Source: Takakia lepidozioides (lineage: Eukaryota; Plantae; Bryophyta). Taken from it: a stretch of DNA of 64,000 nt. A program made the position numbers and the translations under genes. Below, in pieces: positions 12,654 to 22,833 of the stretch. Position 1 is the stretch's first letter. Each line of letters begins with the position of its first letter. The DNA lies in NCBI GenBank assembly GCA_030704615.1, contig CM060732.1, forward strand, positions 22,878,001 through 22,942,000. Reading direction: 5' to 3'. Below the pieces are notes generated by a model, which had not been told where the DNA came from, ran no database searches, and saw nothing but the letters and a program-made list of their open reading frames with translations.

Positions 12654-13003
12654 TGATAGAAAGACTCTTTAACACACTGTTGACACAAAACATGGAAACC
12701 AAAATCATCACTCTTTGAAATAGAAGTCGAGCCAGGGGCACCCCAAGCTATGGGGACTCCACCCCACAACAACCTACACTCCCATCATAAGCACACTCAG
12801 TCCTCAACAATGCAGGAGCTCGGTCGCGCAGGCTCAACTCGAGAGAGATGAGCCGCGCGACTGCCGCTCTCGTGAAGATAAGACAGACCAGGTGTCAAAC
12901 TAAACTTGACACCTGATTTAACACTTGACCTAAATCCAAGTGTTAAATACAAATAACTAGTTTTATTCTAGCTGTTTTCACACTGTGCTTATTTAACTTG
13001 ACA
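12654..13003 (-). repeat. LTR repeat B, 5' copy
   Basis: Direct repeat of 2281-2630; reads TGTCAAG...CTATCA on the minus strand. Confidence 0.95.
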
Positions 13004-13007
13004 CATC

Positions 13008-16000
13008 CCATGAAGAGGGAACCCGGCCAATTGATGATCCTGAAATGGCCCCCTCAAATGACATGGAGAGGGAGGCGAGAACTCCCTTGTACGAAGGGGC
13101 GAAAGTGAGTCGATTTTCAACAATCTTACTTTTGCTCAATCTTCAAATTCAATTTGGCATAAGTAATGTTGGGATGTCTGCCATAATGCGAACTATTGCA
13201 GACTATATCCTTGCTCCACACTTGAAACCCAAGATGCCACGGTCGCGGAAAGAGGCGCGCGAAGTCTTGGACTCTGTGGGGATGGGCTATAAGATTTTTC
13301 ATGCATGTCCATGTGATAAAACCCTATACTACGGAGAGGATTCGCGTCTCACCAAGTGCCCAAAGTGCAAGAAAGACCGATATCGGGATGATGTCCAAGG
13401 GAAAAAAGTACCACGCAAGGTATAAGCGTCATTCCCCCTCGCATGGAGATTACTTTCTTTAATCTTCTCAATGTATGTAAAGTGTATTCCACAAAGTTTA
13501 GGGTTTAGAGAGTAGTACTCATGCAAGATCTGATTGTGGTTTTGGAAGGAGTGAGTGAGGAGTGGAAGGAGCGACGTTCGGTTTTGACCATTCACACCCA
13601 AATGAGGGAGAGGCTGCATAGAGGGAAATGCATAAGGGTGTTGTATTATGTGTGCTAATGGGATGATTACATGTGGGGGGCGTGGGGTATTTCATCTTAG
13701 TAAATGCATTACTTTCCGATCATCCCGCGATTGAGGGCATAGTACCAAAGCCCCGAATTGGCTAGACTCATGAGATGGCACGCCTCGCATCGGAGCCCCC
13801 CAGGAAAGGTGTGCGGGCCACAAGATTCACAAGCATGGAGGCATATTGAAGAGATGTGGCCTTTTCTCTTGGAGGACCCACGACATGTCCACCTCGGCTT
13901 CTCCTCGGATGGGGTCAACCCATTCTCTGTCCAGTCATGTAGTCATTCCACTTGGCCGGTGACCATGGTGAATTACAACATCCCTCCGTATCTTTCAATT
14001 AAAAAATGCCATATCATGTTGGCTGCCATTGTGTCAGGTGAGTGTACTCATTTCATGTTTATTATTGCCTTAGACTTTACATTAAACTTCTGATCTCTAA
14101 TGCAATTCGGATGCAAGATTGATGAGTGACATAATCATGGAGTAAGACGTGTAATTCATTTTGTAGTATAATTTGCATATTGGTGGAGCATTGAAACAAG
14201 GGGGAAAAAACAAGTGGCAAACATGGACACGTACTTGCGACCTCTTGTTGATAAACTTAAGGAGCTATGGAGAGGGGTCCCGACATTGGATGCTTCACTT
14301 GACCCTATGGCCGGACAATCTTTTCAGATGAAAGGCATCTTGCTTTGGACAATGCATAATTATCCAGGTATATTATGTTCCCCATGAACAACCCGCGTAC
14401 ATTCACTTGTCAATGCCGGATAATATCGATGAGGATTGGGATTGATTGAAGTAGCGGCGACAGTCTTGTGCACTGTAGTGGGGTAGATGGCATTATGGGC
14501 CATGTACATGACAACTTTTTGTTTTTGCTAATCTGGCGGGATGTGTAGTACATGACTAACTGTTTGCTTGGGGCTAAGCACCAAAAGGTACCATGCATGC
14601 TTGTATTGTGGCGATGATCTTGATGCACATAGCTCCCGCCATCTTCACAAGATAGTGTATCCCAACTACCGCAAATTTCTTCCTATGAGCCATCGATGGA
14701 GAAGAAGAGAGAAACACTTGTTTGATGGCAAAGAGGAAGTACGTCCCCCCCTATAACACCGTCCTGGCAGTTTTGGGAGGACCGATGGAAGGAGGCCCAT
14801 GCGGGCACGGACGGTGAAGTGGACGTGCCCGGCATAAAACGACTTTCAATCTTCTACGAGTTGTCATATTGGGCGGTACATATTCCACAAAAACACCGTC
14901 AATATCCCTATGCATGCATGTGATATTGCACATTTGGTATGCGTTGCATTGTCACTTTCACGTAAAAAATTTGTGTAAGTCTTTGGGGGTGGGGATATAT
15001 GTAGGACCTGAAGATTCGCCATCTTCTAGATCCCATGCATATTGAGAAAAATGTCTGCTCGTCCCTTTTTCGGGTTCTTCATGGCACGCCGGCAAAGAAG
15101 GGAGTGGCTGCAAAAGGAGATTCTCTCGGTGTTAGAAAAGAGCTTGAGGAGCAGGGTCGCATGTGCCATCTATGGGCCGAACAAAATGGTGTGGACCCAA
15201 AGGGTGTTGTACGGTGTAAGTATAGGCGCACACCTTGGCAATGGACAAAGGAGGAATACAAGAAAGTGATAGCCACCATAAGTGCTGTCCGAACACCAAC
15301 TGGTTATGGGTCATCCCTCCGTACAAAGTTCAGCGAAGAAGATGGGGTCCATGGTTTGAAGTCTCATGACTACCACAATCTATTGCAAGACATCTTGCCC
15401 ATTGCAGTACGTGGGACATTGACTCCCGAGGTTCGTGAGACAATCTATAGATTGGGAGGCTTGTTCTGGTGGATTTGCTCCAAAGAGTTGGAAGAAGCGG
15501 ATTTTCCACGCATGAAGAAGGAGGCGGCGGAGGTAATGTGTATGTTGGAGATGCACCTTCCTCCCTCCTTCTTTGACATCTAAGTGCATTTGGTAGTGCA
15601 CTTAGTGGAAGAGGCTTTGATTGCCGGCCCCGTTCATTCTCGGTGGATGTACTTCCTTGAGCATTATATGAAGACTTTGAAAGGATTTGTAAAACAAATG
15701 GCGCACCTGGAGGGTAGCATGGCAGAGGGGTATACGTTGCAAGAAGCTATGTTCTATTACACGGAGTACATGACAAGGGTGGATGAGGCCCTCCGCAACA
15801 CTAGTGTAAGATGATTGTGGTTTCATGCGCGTCAATGCAGATAGGCTCAACCCTACTCATCGTCCCTCCGATGAGCCTTTTTCACGGCCTTCAGACATGG
15901 AGCAAGTTTTCTTCTCCGATGACAAAACAAGAGGGGGGAATTGGAAGGTGGTTGTGCATGCTCAGCCAAGAGGAAGACGTATCTATCATGGTCTCGGATC

Positions 16001-16311
16001 TCTATGGGGTGAGGCAATTACGGTGGACGGAGAGACTGGTCATAATGATGCTGATGATGGAGGTTGGGTAGAGGGGGTAGAAGAGGATGATGACTCCCCG
16101 GACAATGCATCCCGGACCCTATGATGAAGCTCCAGAATATACGGATGTTGGAGAAGGAGACGAAGACACGGCCATTGACAATGAGGTGGAGGATTATTCG
16201 GAGGTGCCTTTTGAGGGCCAAGCCATAAATGACGATGACTCCGATGACCAAGAAGACTTGCAGCTTGATGAGGATGAAGAAGCTCTGGATGCTGATGTTC
16301 AAGTTGATTAG
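13008..16311 (+). pseudogene. CACTA transposase (Transposase_21/DUF4218-like), spliced, with stops and deletions; 5' part lies at ~2030-2194
   Basis: HACPC..LY..CPKC..RY, MRWH, DSQAW, LGFSSDGVNPFS..HSTWPV..NYNIPP, MHIEKNV, GLKSHDYH, PPSFFDI*VHLVVHL, GPVHSRWMY, EGSMAEGY; acidic tail. Confidence 0.9.
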
Positions 16312-16679
16312 ACACAAAATCAAAGCTACACAACAATTCTCGCACCGAACTGGACCCATCCCTTCGATTGATTGTACATGTACATGCATATTGTAGTTTA
16401 TTTCTATGATTAATCAAATATGGCTGTGGCTCGTAGTCTTTCAAGAAAGAAGGCAGAGGCAATGAATATATTGGAGCAACACATACAGATGTGGTATCAA
16501 GAAAATTATCAAAATGAATGTTACAATCTATAAGAAGGTCCACAACAACAAGCTAAACCATAAAGAAAAACAAACACCCTACCCTAGTACCATATGAAAA
16601 AATAAAAATAAAACTAAGAACCCCCAAAGGCCCTAAACCTAAACCTAGAAAGCCCTACCGTCATTGCCTGCGAACCCCA

Positions 16680-17241
16680 CGCGTCGCAACCTGCGACGTG
16701 TTTTTTTAGATTTATGAGGCCGGGGGTCGCAAACGGCGACGGCAAACCGTCGCAAACTGCGACCTGTTTTTTTGTTTTGAAAGAATGGATTTATGAGGTC
16801 GGGGGTCGCAAACGGCGATGGCAAGTGGTCGCAAACTGTGACATGTTTTTTTGTTTTGAAAGAATAGGGCAACCGGGCTCTTTGCGACGCCCGACCGTCG
16901 CAGGGGCCTTTTGCCATTCATGCCACCATACGACGGCCGGGCATCGCAAGAAAGGGCTGCGATGAAAGAAAGGGCAAGAAAGGGTTGTTTTTTTTTCGGC
17001 TTGCGACGACCGGCCGTCGCCAAAAAGGGCTGCCTTCTGCCCTTCACTGGGGGCGACACTTGGGCGTCGCATGGAAGGGCTGCCTGCTGCCCTTCATCAA
17101 CCGTGCGACGGCCAGGCGTCGCCGCTTGGCCCCGGCGCCAGGTGGTGACCCGCGGGGTTTGGCTGCGATGGCCCGGCGTCGCAAACAGGCTCCGCGGGGT
17201 TGGTGCCGCGCGGGGCGTGGGGTCGCGGCTGGCGTCGCAAA
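16680..17241. repeat. CACTA subterminal repeats (GTCGCAAA / TTGCGAC in both orientations)
   Basis: Numerous copies directly inside the CACTA terminus. Confidence 0.8.
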
Positions 17242-17278
17242 CCCCCCCCCCCCCCCCCCCCCCCCATTTGCTATAGTG

Positions 17279-17785
17279 ATCGTTTGCTCATAGCTCTCCA
17301 AAGCCTCCATTCCACATCCATGTTGTGCATACCCTGCAGCACATCATATCGCACTCCACGACACCACATGTCGTTCAGCCATAGTGTCGAACACTCCATT
17401 TGCATCCTAGATGCACCCACATTTTGCAAACATGTCCACCAGGGTATTGTTCAGAATGTCATTTGGTACAATTCCAGCTCTGAAGATGTCGCCATGCACC
17501 ACTTTCCCCATTTCCAAAGCTGCCAGGGCAGTGTTCAGATTGACATTTGGCACAATTCCAGCTTTGATGATATCCCTATGCACCTCTTGCCCTTCTGCAG
17601 GGCTGCCAGGCTTGCACGCACATTGCAAGTACACACAAACATGATGTGCTTCCCCCATCATTTGCTCATAGCTCTCCAAAGCCTCCATCCCACATCTTTG
17701 CCGTGCATACCCTGTAAGCATCGCACTCCACGACACTACATCTCGTTTAGCCATAGTGTCAAACACTCCGTTTGCATCCTAGATG
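17279..17785 (-). pseudogene. PLS-class pentatricopeptide repeat gene fragment
   Basis: VFDTMAKRDVVSWSAMLTGYA..GMEAL, GKVVHGDI..GIVPN..LNNTLVDMFAKCG; internal stops and deletions. Confidence 0.9.
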
Positions 17786-18369
17786 CATTTCCTAACCTGG
17801 AATGGCTTGAATACAACATTCCAAAATAGGTTCATGACAAGTAAAACTGAGGATGAAGTGTATGGAAGTTTACAACAGTTAAAGCAAAAGAAGCATGAAA
17901 CTGTTGAGGAGTATATGGAAAAGATGGAATTGATGATGAAAAAGCTGGCTGCTGTACCAGCACCAGGTTTACATAAGACTTGGTTTGTGAGTGGACTGAG
18001 ACCAGAGTTGCAAAAGAAAGTGGATATGTTACCCCATAATGCAGTGGAGGAGGCATTTGAAACAGCGAACAAAATTGAGCAATTGGGAATGCTCAGGAGA
18101 GAGAAAAGGGATGAGGAGGACTCTAAGGATGAGTTGGATGAGGAAGAAGAGCAAGAGTTGAAAAGGAAGAGTAAGAGAAAAGAGTAGTTGAAGAGGGATA
18201 ACTATGAAAAAAGATTAGAAGAAATCTTGAAGAAGTATGCCACAGAGGCTGCAACACATTGGAGGAAGGGTGTTTGGTGTGCAAAGTGCCAGAATGAAGG
18301 CCATACCACCACTGAATGCCACATGAAGGAGAAACACTGTACTATCTGTAAAATGGATAACCATTCTAC
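17786..18369 (+). pseudogene. Gypsy gag fragment (same family as 44032-57327)
   Basis: Near-identical to the reverse complement of ~54094-54676; stop at 18185-18187. Confidence 0.9.
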
Positions 18370-18590
18370 GGGGGCTGCTATTTCATGAGCGGCATGAGCA
18401 TGAGCGGAAAAAAAAAAAGCATGAGCAGACCATTGTGAGTCCACGGAAATAGGGTTAGGAGGCACGGAAATAGGGTCATGTGAAGTTGGAATGTGGCACC
18501 ATTGGACTTGAATTGCAACATTTTATTGCAAATTTTGTGGCAAGCCACGTCTATACAAGTGTGTTTTAACTGTCATAGCCGGAATGGGCA

Positions 18591-19094
18591 CTACTCTCCT
18601 ACACCCTCCGAGGAACTTGCCCCACCTTCTTCCTCATCCCCCTCATCCCCCTCGTCCTCGGAGCTCTGTGATGCATCAGTTCCACTATGCCTCTCAAAAA
18701 TCCCGTCCTCTCCTTGGGGGACTGTCCACCTCACCTCCTGGGAATCTTCTGCGTCTTCTCCCCCACTTTCCTCAGCAGAATCCAACACAAATCTACGAGC
18801 CCGACGGGCTCTAATAGCTGCTGCCTCCTCCCTCATCTTCATTTTCTTGAGGCTTGCCTCGTCTAAAATCTGTTGTACACGACTACGTTCGGAACACCTC
18901 CTAATGGACACCGAAGCAAGCCGGGCAGCATAAGTAGGAAGGATGTACTCCCTTTCTGGACTAGGCATGAAACCCCCCCTGGCAAAAAAAGGCACGTTCC
19001 TCCTGCCCATGAACTCCGGTGTAGACGTCCCTCCGGCAGTACTTGGCATCCTACAGTAAGAACAAATCCACTTCAAGAATGTCAATACCAGCAC
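18591..19094 (-). CDS. Hypothetical basic/acidic protein inside MULE copy 0
   Basis: 167-aa ORF with a K/R-rich helix followed by a D/E-rich tail; no family recognised. Confidence 0.3.
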   Translation of the reverse strand: MLVLTFLKWICSYCRMPSTAGGTSTPEFMGRRNVPFFARGGFMPSPEREYILPTYAARLASVSIRRCSERSRVQQILDEASLKKMKMREEAAAIRARRARRFVLDSAEESGGEDAEDSQEVRWTVPQGEDGIFERHSGTDASQSSEDEGDEGDEEEGGASSSEGVGE

Positions 19095-19342
19095 AACCAG
19101 AAAGGGTTTTCAATGAAATAAGAGAGCGGAGGGAGGTGCCTCACAAAATCTGGAGGCAACTTACAATGCCACCACTCACTCGTAAACCGGGGGCTCCTCG
19201 GCCTCGATCCCAACTTCCTCCCCCTGCTCCTTCTCGGATTTTTCCTCATCCTCCGAGGATGCCTCTTCCTCTTTCGGCAGACGTTCAGCCGCTGCAAGTT
19301 CCGAGTTGTGGAGGGCAGTATCTGGCTCGAAGGCGAATACAT

Positions 19343-20086
19343 TGTCGCGCGGCTTTTACTCACCCATCCCTTCGCTATCCGAGGCGGAAACTCCAAGATA
19401 GAAGAGTTGGAAATCTCTAAGTACTCAGTCCGCGCAGAACAATCAGTCATGACCTACAGCTAGTGTATCATGGGGGTGTTTCCTATTTGTTTCCCTTTCC
19501 GCATTCATGTTAGCTACCTTACCATTGATAATTAAGTATCAGTTTGCTTCATCAATCTATCGGATTCCATCAACTCATCAATTCATTCCACAGCTTCACT
19601 CAGATCTCTCTACACAGTGTGATTGTATCGTATAAGTATCAGATTATGATTTATCAGGTATCAGGCCGAAGCCATTGTGTCTCTAATCTGCTCTACAATA
19701 TCACTATCACATATAACAATCATCTACTAATCATCTTCCCTCCGCCCGATCTCCTCTCATGCATGACCAAGAATCCTCCTCCTCCAGTGCTTCCAAGATT
19801 GATCCCTCGAACAATCCCCCCAAAAAGCCCCCTTCTCCGTCCTTGCTTCTCGCTTTATCTTCCTACCCGTGGCTCTAACCGTTTTCCTCACTAACCGTCG
19901 TCCGTGAACTAACATGTTCCATTTGCAGGTGTTGTTCCCCACAGTCGTTCCCTGTCCTGCTCTCCGTTCCCTATGATCGTGACAGTTGTGTCAAGCTGTG
20001 ACTCGCTGTGTGAAACTGTGACGGCTGTATCGGGCTGTGACTGGCTGTGTGGCTATGTCGGCTGTGACGGGCTGTGTTGGCTGTGA
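19343..20086 (-). mobile_element. Gypsy LTR (relative of the 44032/56296 LTRs), running into the N gap
   Basis: TGTCGCGCGGCTTTTACTCACC start identical; diverges around 19735-19870. Confidence 0.9.
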
Positions 20087-20586
20087 NNNNNNNNNNNNNN
20101 NNNNNNNNNNNNNNNNNNNNNNNNNNNNNNNNNNNNNNNNNNNNNNNNNNNNNNNNNNNNNNNNNNNNNNNNNNNNNNNNNNNNNNNNNNNNNNNNNNNN
20201 NNNNNNNNNNNNNNNNNNNNNNNNNNNNNNNNNNNNNNNNNNNNNNNNNNNNNNNNNNNNNNNNNNNNNNNNNNNNNNNNNNNNNNNNNNNNNNNNNNNN
20301 NNNNNNNNNNNNNNNNNNNNNNNNNNNNNNNNNNNNNNNNNNNNNNNNNNNNNNNNNNNNNNNNNNNNNNNNNNNNNNNNNNNNNNNNNNNNNNNNNNNN
20401 NNNNNNNNNNNNNNNNNNNNNNNNNNNNNNNNNNNNNNNNNNNNNNNNNNNNNNNNNNNNNNNNNNNNNNNNNNNNNNNNNNNNNNNNNNNNNNNNNNNN
20501 NNNNNNNNNNNNNNNNNNNNNNNNNNNNNNNNNNNNNNNNNNNNNNNNNNNNNNNNNNNNNNNNNNNNNNNNNNNNNNNNNNNNNN
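20087..20586. other. Assembly gap (500 N)
   Basis: N run. Confidence 1.
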
Positions 20587-21000
20587 GGGACACGACAGCT
20601 CTAAGCATCCTACACACCGTTGGGGGAAACCGAAGAGGCGGCGACCTCCCTCAAAAGTGAACGAGACAAGGATGGGGAATGCACTTCGGATGAACTGTAC
20701 AATCCAGAGCTCGACAGAAGTGCCCCCACCAGGATTCGGGCGTATGTATCAAATGGCCACGGCGGGCTCAGCTGTTCGCAATGAGGTGTACACCATCACC
20801 ATTTCAGAATTACCCACCTGCAATTGCACCGACTTCCAGATCATGGCGAACAAGGGGCATCATACTGCCCTTGCAAGCATTTGTACTACGTGTACCTAAA
20901 GAGACTCCGTTGTAATTCCACAACTCATCACTTCATACATGCACCAGGGTTGAGCCCCAGGAGGTTGACACTCTTCTGAATATGGATCCAGGGGACCAGT
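20587..21000 (+). pseudogene. MULE transposase C-terminal SWIM fragment
   Basis: GFGRMY..YTITISELPTCNCTDF..PCKHLYYVY..FIHAP (frameshifted); homologous to 25050-25469. Confidence 0.85.
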
Positions 21001-21853
21001 GAGCTTGGCTTGCGGTCAACATACAATGGTACGCCCATCCTTTTCGGATAGTAGAACTGTACTGCTGCCAGTACCTCAGACTCTGGCCACACAAAGGTCC
21101 GACATATGTCTTGCCTACCAGTAACCTGTTTTGCTCGAACTAAGATATTACTATATCGTTCACTTGTTTCCACGTGCATGTATTTTTGTATGTTGGAGGG
21201 TTCATGTTTTTCTGCTTTCCGAAAACTTGCTTTCCTCATTCGACCTCCGACAAGGAAATGCAGCGCCGCATTTCCAAGTATCGTCGTAGGTACCCCCAGA
21301 GGCGGCCTTCGCCAACACCAAACCGCTCCGAAATTTCGCACGTGCGAACCCTAATGCGGCACCCTATTTCCCAGTTCAGTTGCAAACCTTTCCCGCCGAA
21401 TACCCGAAGAAGACAGAATTGTGAAGTACTGCAGACTGTATTGGTGCAGACTCCATTGGTTCAATCGCGGCAAAAGGGTCAGCTTCATTCCAATGTTAAG
21501 GCATGTAAAACCGCGGAATACTCTATACAGGCCAGTATGCGACGTCCTTTTGCAGTGGTATACTGGATTTCCCGTTGCACGGTCACTTATTTCCATGAGC
21601 GGATCTAAAAAACCATGAGCGGACTTGTTACTGACGACATATCTTCGCCGCATTACATGATCTGGAACGTCCAAAAACGGCAAGGTCAAATAAAAAACTA
21701 TTATTTTAATACTTGTTTAATCTGCCGCATTTCCAAATTTGGAGGAGTCCGCTCATGAAATCCGCGTATCTTAGACTTCGGCTCACCGCTCATGCGGCTC
21801 ATGCGGCTCATGGCTCATGGCTCATGGTTTCTGCTCATGAAATAGTAAACCTC

Positions 21854-22830
21854 TAATTGGTCTGTCATGATATTCACTCCAGAGCCTCCATCTATCAGTA
21901 CATCAGTTAGTTTTGTGCTTCAAATTCTCAATTGGATTACTGGCATAGAATCATCAAAGTCCATGACTGTTTCTCGCCCTTCTGGCTTCACATTATAACT
22001 GGTCACCTTGATGTTCAAGTTTGTGTTTCCTGTCACATGGGCAATTCGATTGATTGCTTGATACAGCCTGTGTCTACAATAAGGTGCCACAGCCAATAGC
22101 TGTCCAATGGTAATCTCCGCTTTGGACTGGCATATTACTTCAGCCAAAGTCCCTTCATTACTCTGCATTTTTGTAGCTTCTTTCTTCCCTTCATCCTCAC
22201 TCACTTCCTCTTCTCTTTCAGAATCAGAGGAATCTGCCATAGGAATATAAGTACTCTTCTTCATTTCCCTTATGGTATCTGCCACTTCCTTGTGCAGTTC
22301 CTTCTCATCTCTCCAAGCCTCATCATCTTGAGGCACATCACTGCCATCTCATTATCATCACCTTCCTCATCTACTGGAGGTGTTATTTTGGCTTTGCTTC
22401 TCGTTACTATCATTGTACTTACTTCTGGTACAACACATGGCCTAACCATGTGAGCTGCCACCACTGGCCCCTCATTCACAGGAGCTCTCATCTCATTCTG
22501 GTGTCTGATCCAGAATGGACAGGCTGCCTTGCGATGTCCTGCCCGATTACAATAGTAACACAGTTCTTCCCAATTGGGTGCTCGCCCTTGGTCTATTCTG
22601 GGATTGTTTCTGTAATCCTGATTCCCTGGCTGGTAATTCCCCCTTGGATTACCCTGATAGTTGCCTCTAGAATTTCCTTGGTAATTCCCTCTTGGATTAC
22701 CTCTCCCTTCCATGCCATTGTTATAACCACCACGCCTATCATAGTGGTCCTGATCACTGTTTCTTCTTGGCTGGGGCTGCACTTGATGCACCCTTACTTG
22801 CCTAGGTTCTCTTGCTGCTGTCCTTCTAGT
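21854..22830 (-). pseudogene. Gypsy gag-protease fragment, inverted relative to 17786-18369
   Basis: Homologous to 53100-54075 (CYYCNRAGHRKAAC, DVLIDGGSGVN). Confidence 0.9.
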
Positions 22831-22833
22831 TGT

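Larger units (their letters stand above)
2195..13003 (-). mobile_element. Ty3/Gypsy LTR retrotransposon with DNMT and PHD domains and split terminal repeats
   Basis: TG...CA termini; imperfect 4-bp TSD AATC (2191-2194)/CATC (13004-13007), whose removal restores the CACTA reading frame (..TDE-SHEEGTRPIDDPEMAP..); order gag-PR-DNMT-RT-RH-INT-PHD. Confidence 0.93.
1920..17278 (+). mobile_element. CACTA/En-Spm DNA transposon, decayed; left end not identified; interrupted by Gypsy at 2195-13003
   Basis: TnpD-type peptides; subterminal GTCGCAAA/TTGCGAC repeats at 16680-17241; terminus ...CCCCATTTGCTATAGTG (reverse complement CACTATAGCAAATGGG) ending at 17278. Confidence 0.85.
18370..21853 (+). mobile_element. 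MULE copy 0 (CATGAGC-type ends); contains an LTR insertion, the assembly gap and a transposase C-terminus
   Basis: TIR GGGGGCTGCTATTTCATGAGC at 18370-18390 versus reverse complement GAGGTTTACTATTTCATGAGC at 21833-21853; CATGAGC subterminal repeats; no TSD; spans the gap. Confidence 0.65.

Noticed and set aside
2195-13003. DIRS/PAT/Ngaro classification because of split repeats and a methyltransferase
   Set aside because: It encodes a protease and DDE integrase, has no tyrosine recombinase, and shows TG..CA ends with a TSD.
17279-17785. Functional PPR editing factor
   Set aside because: Short fragment with stops and deletions, truncated by transposon sequence on both sides.
19991-20660. Long ORFs across the N run
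   Set aside because: Artefacts of the assembly gap.
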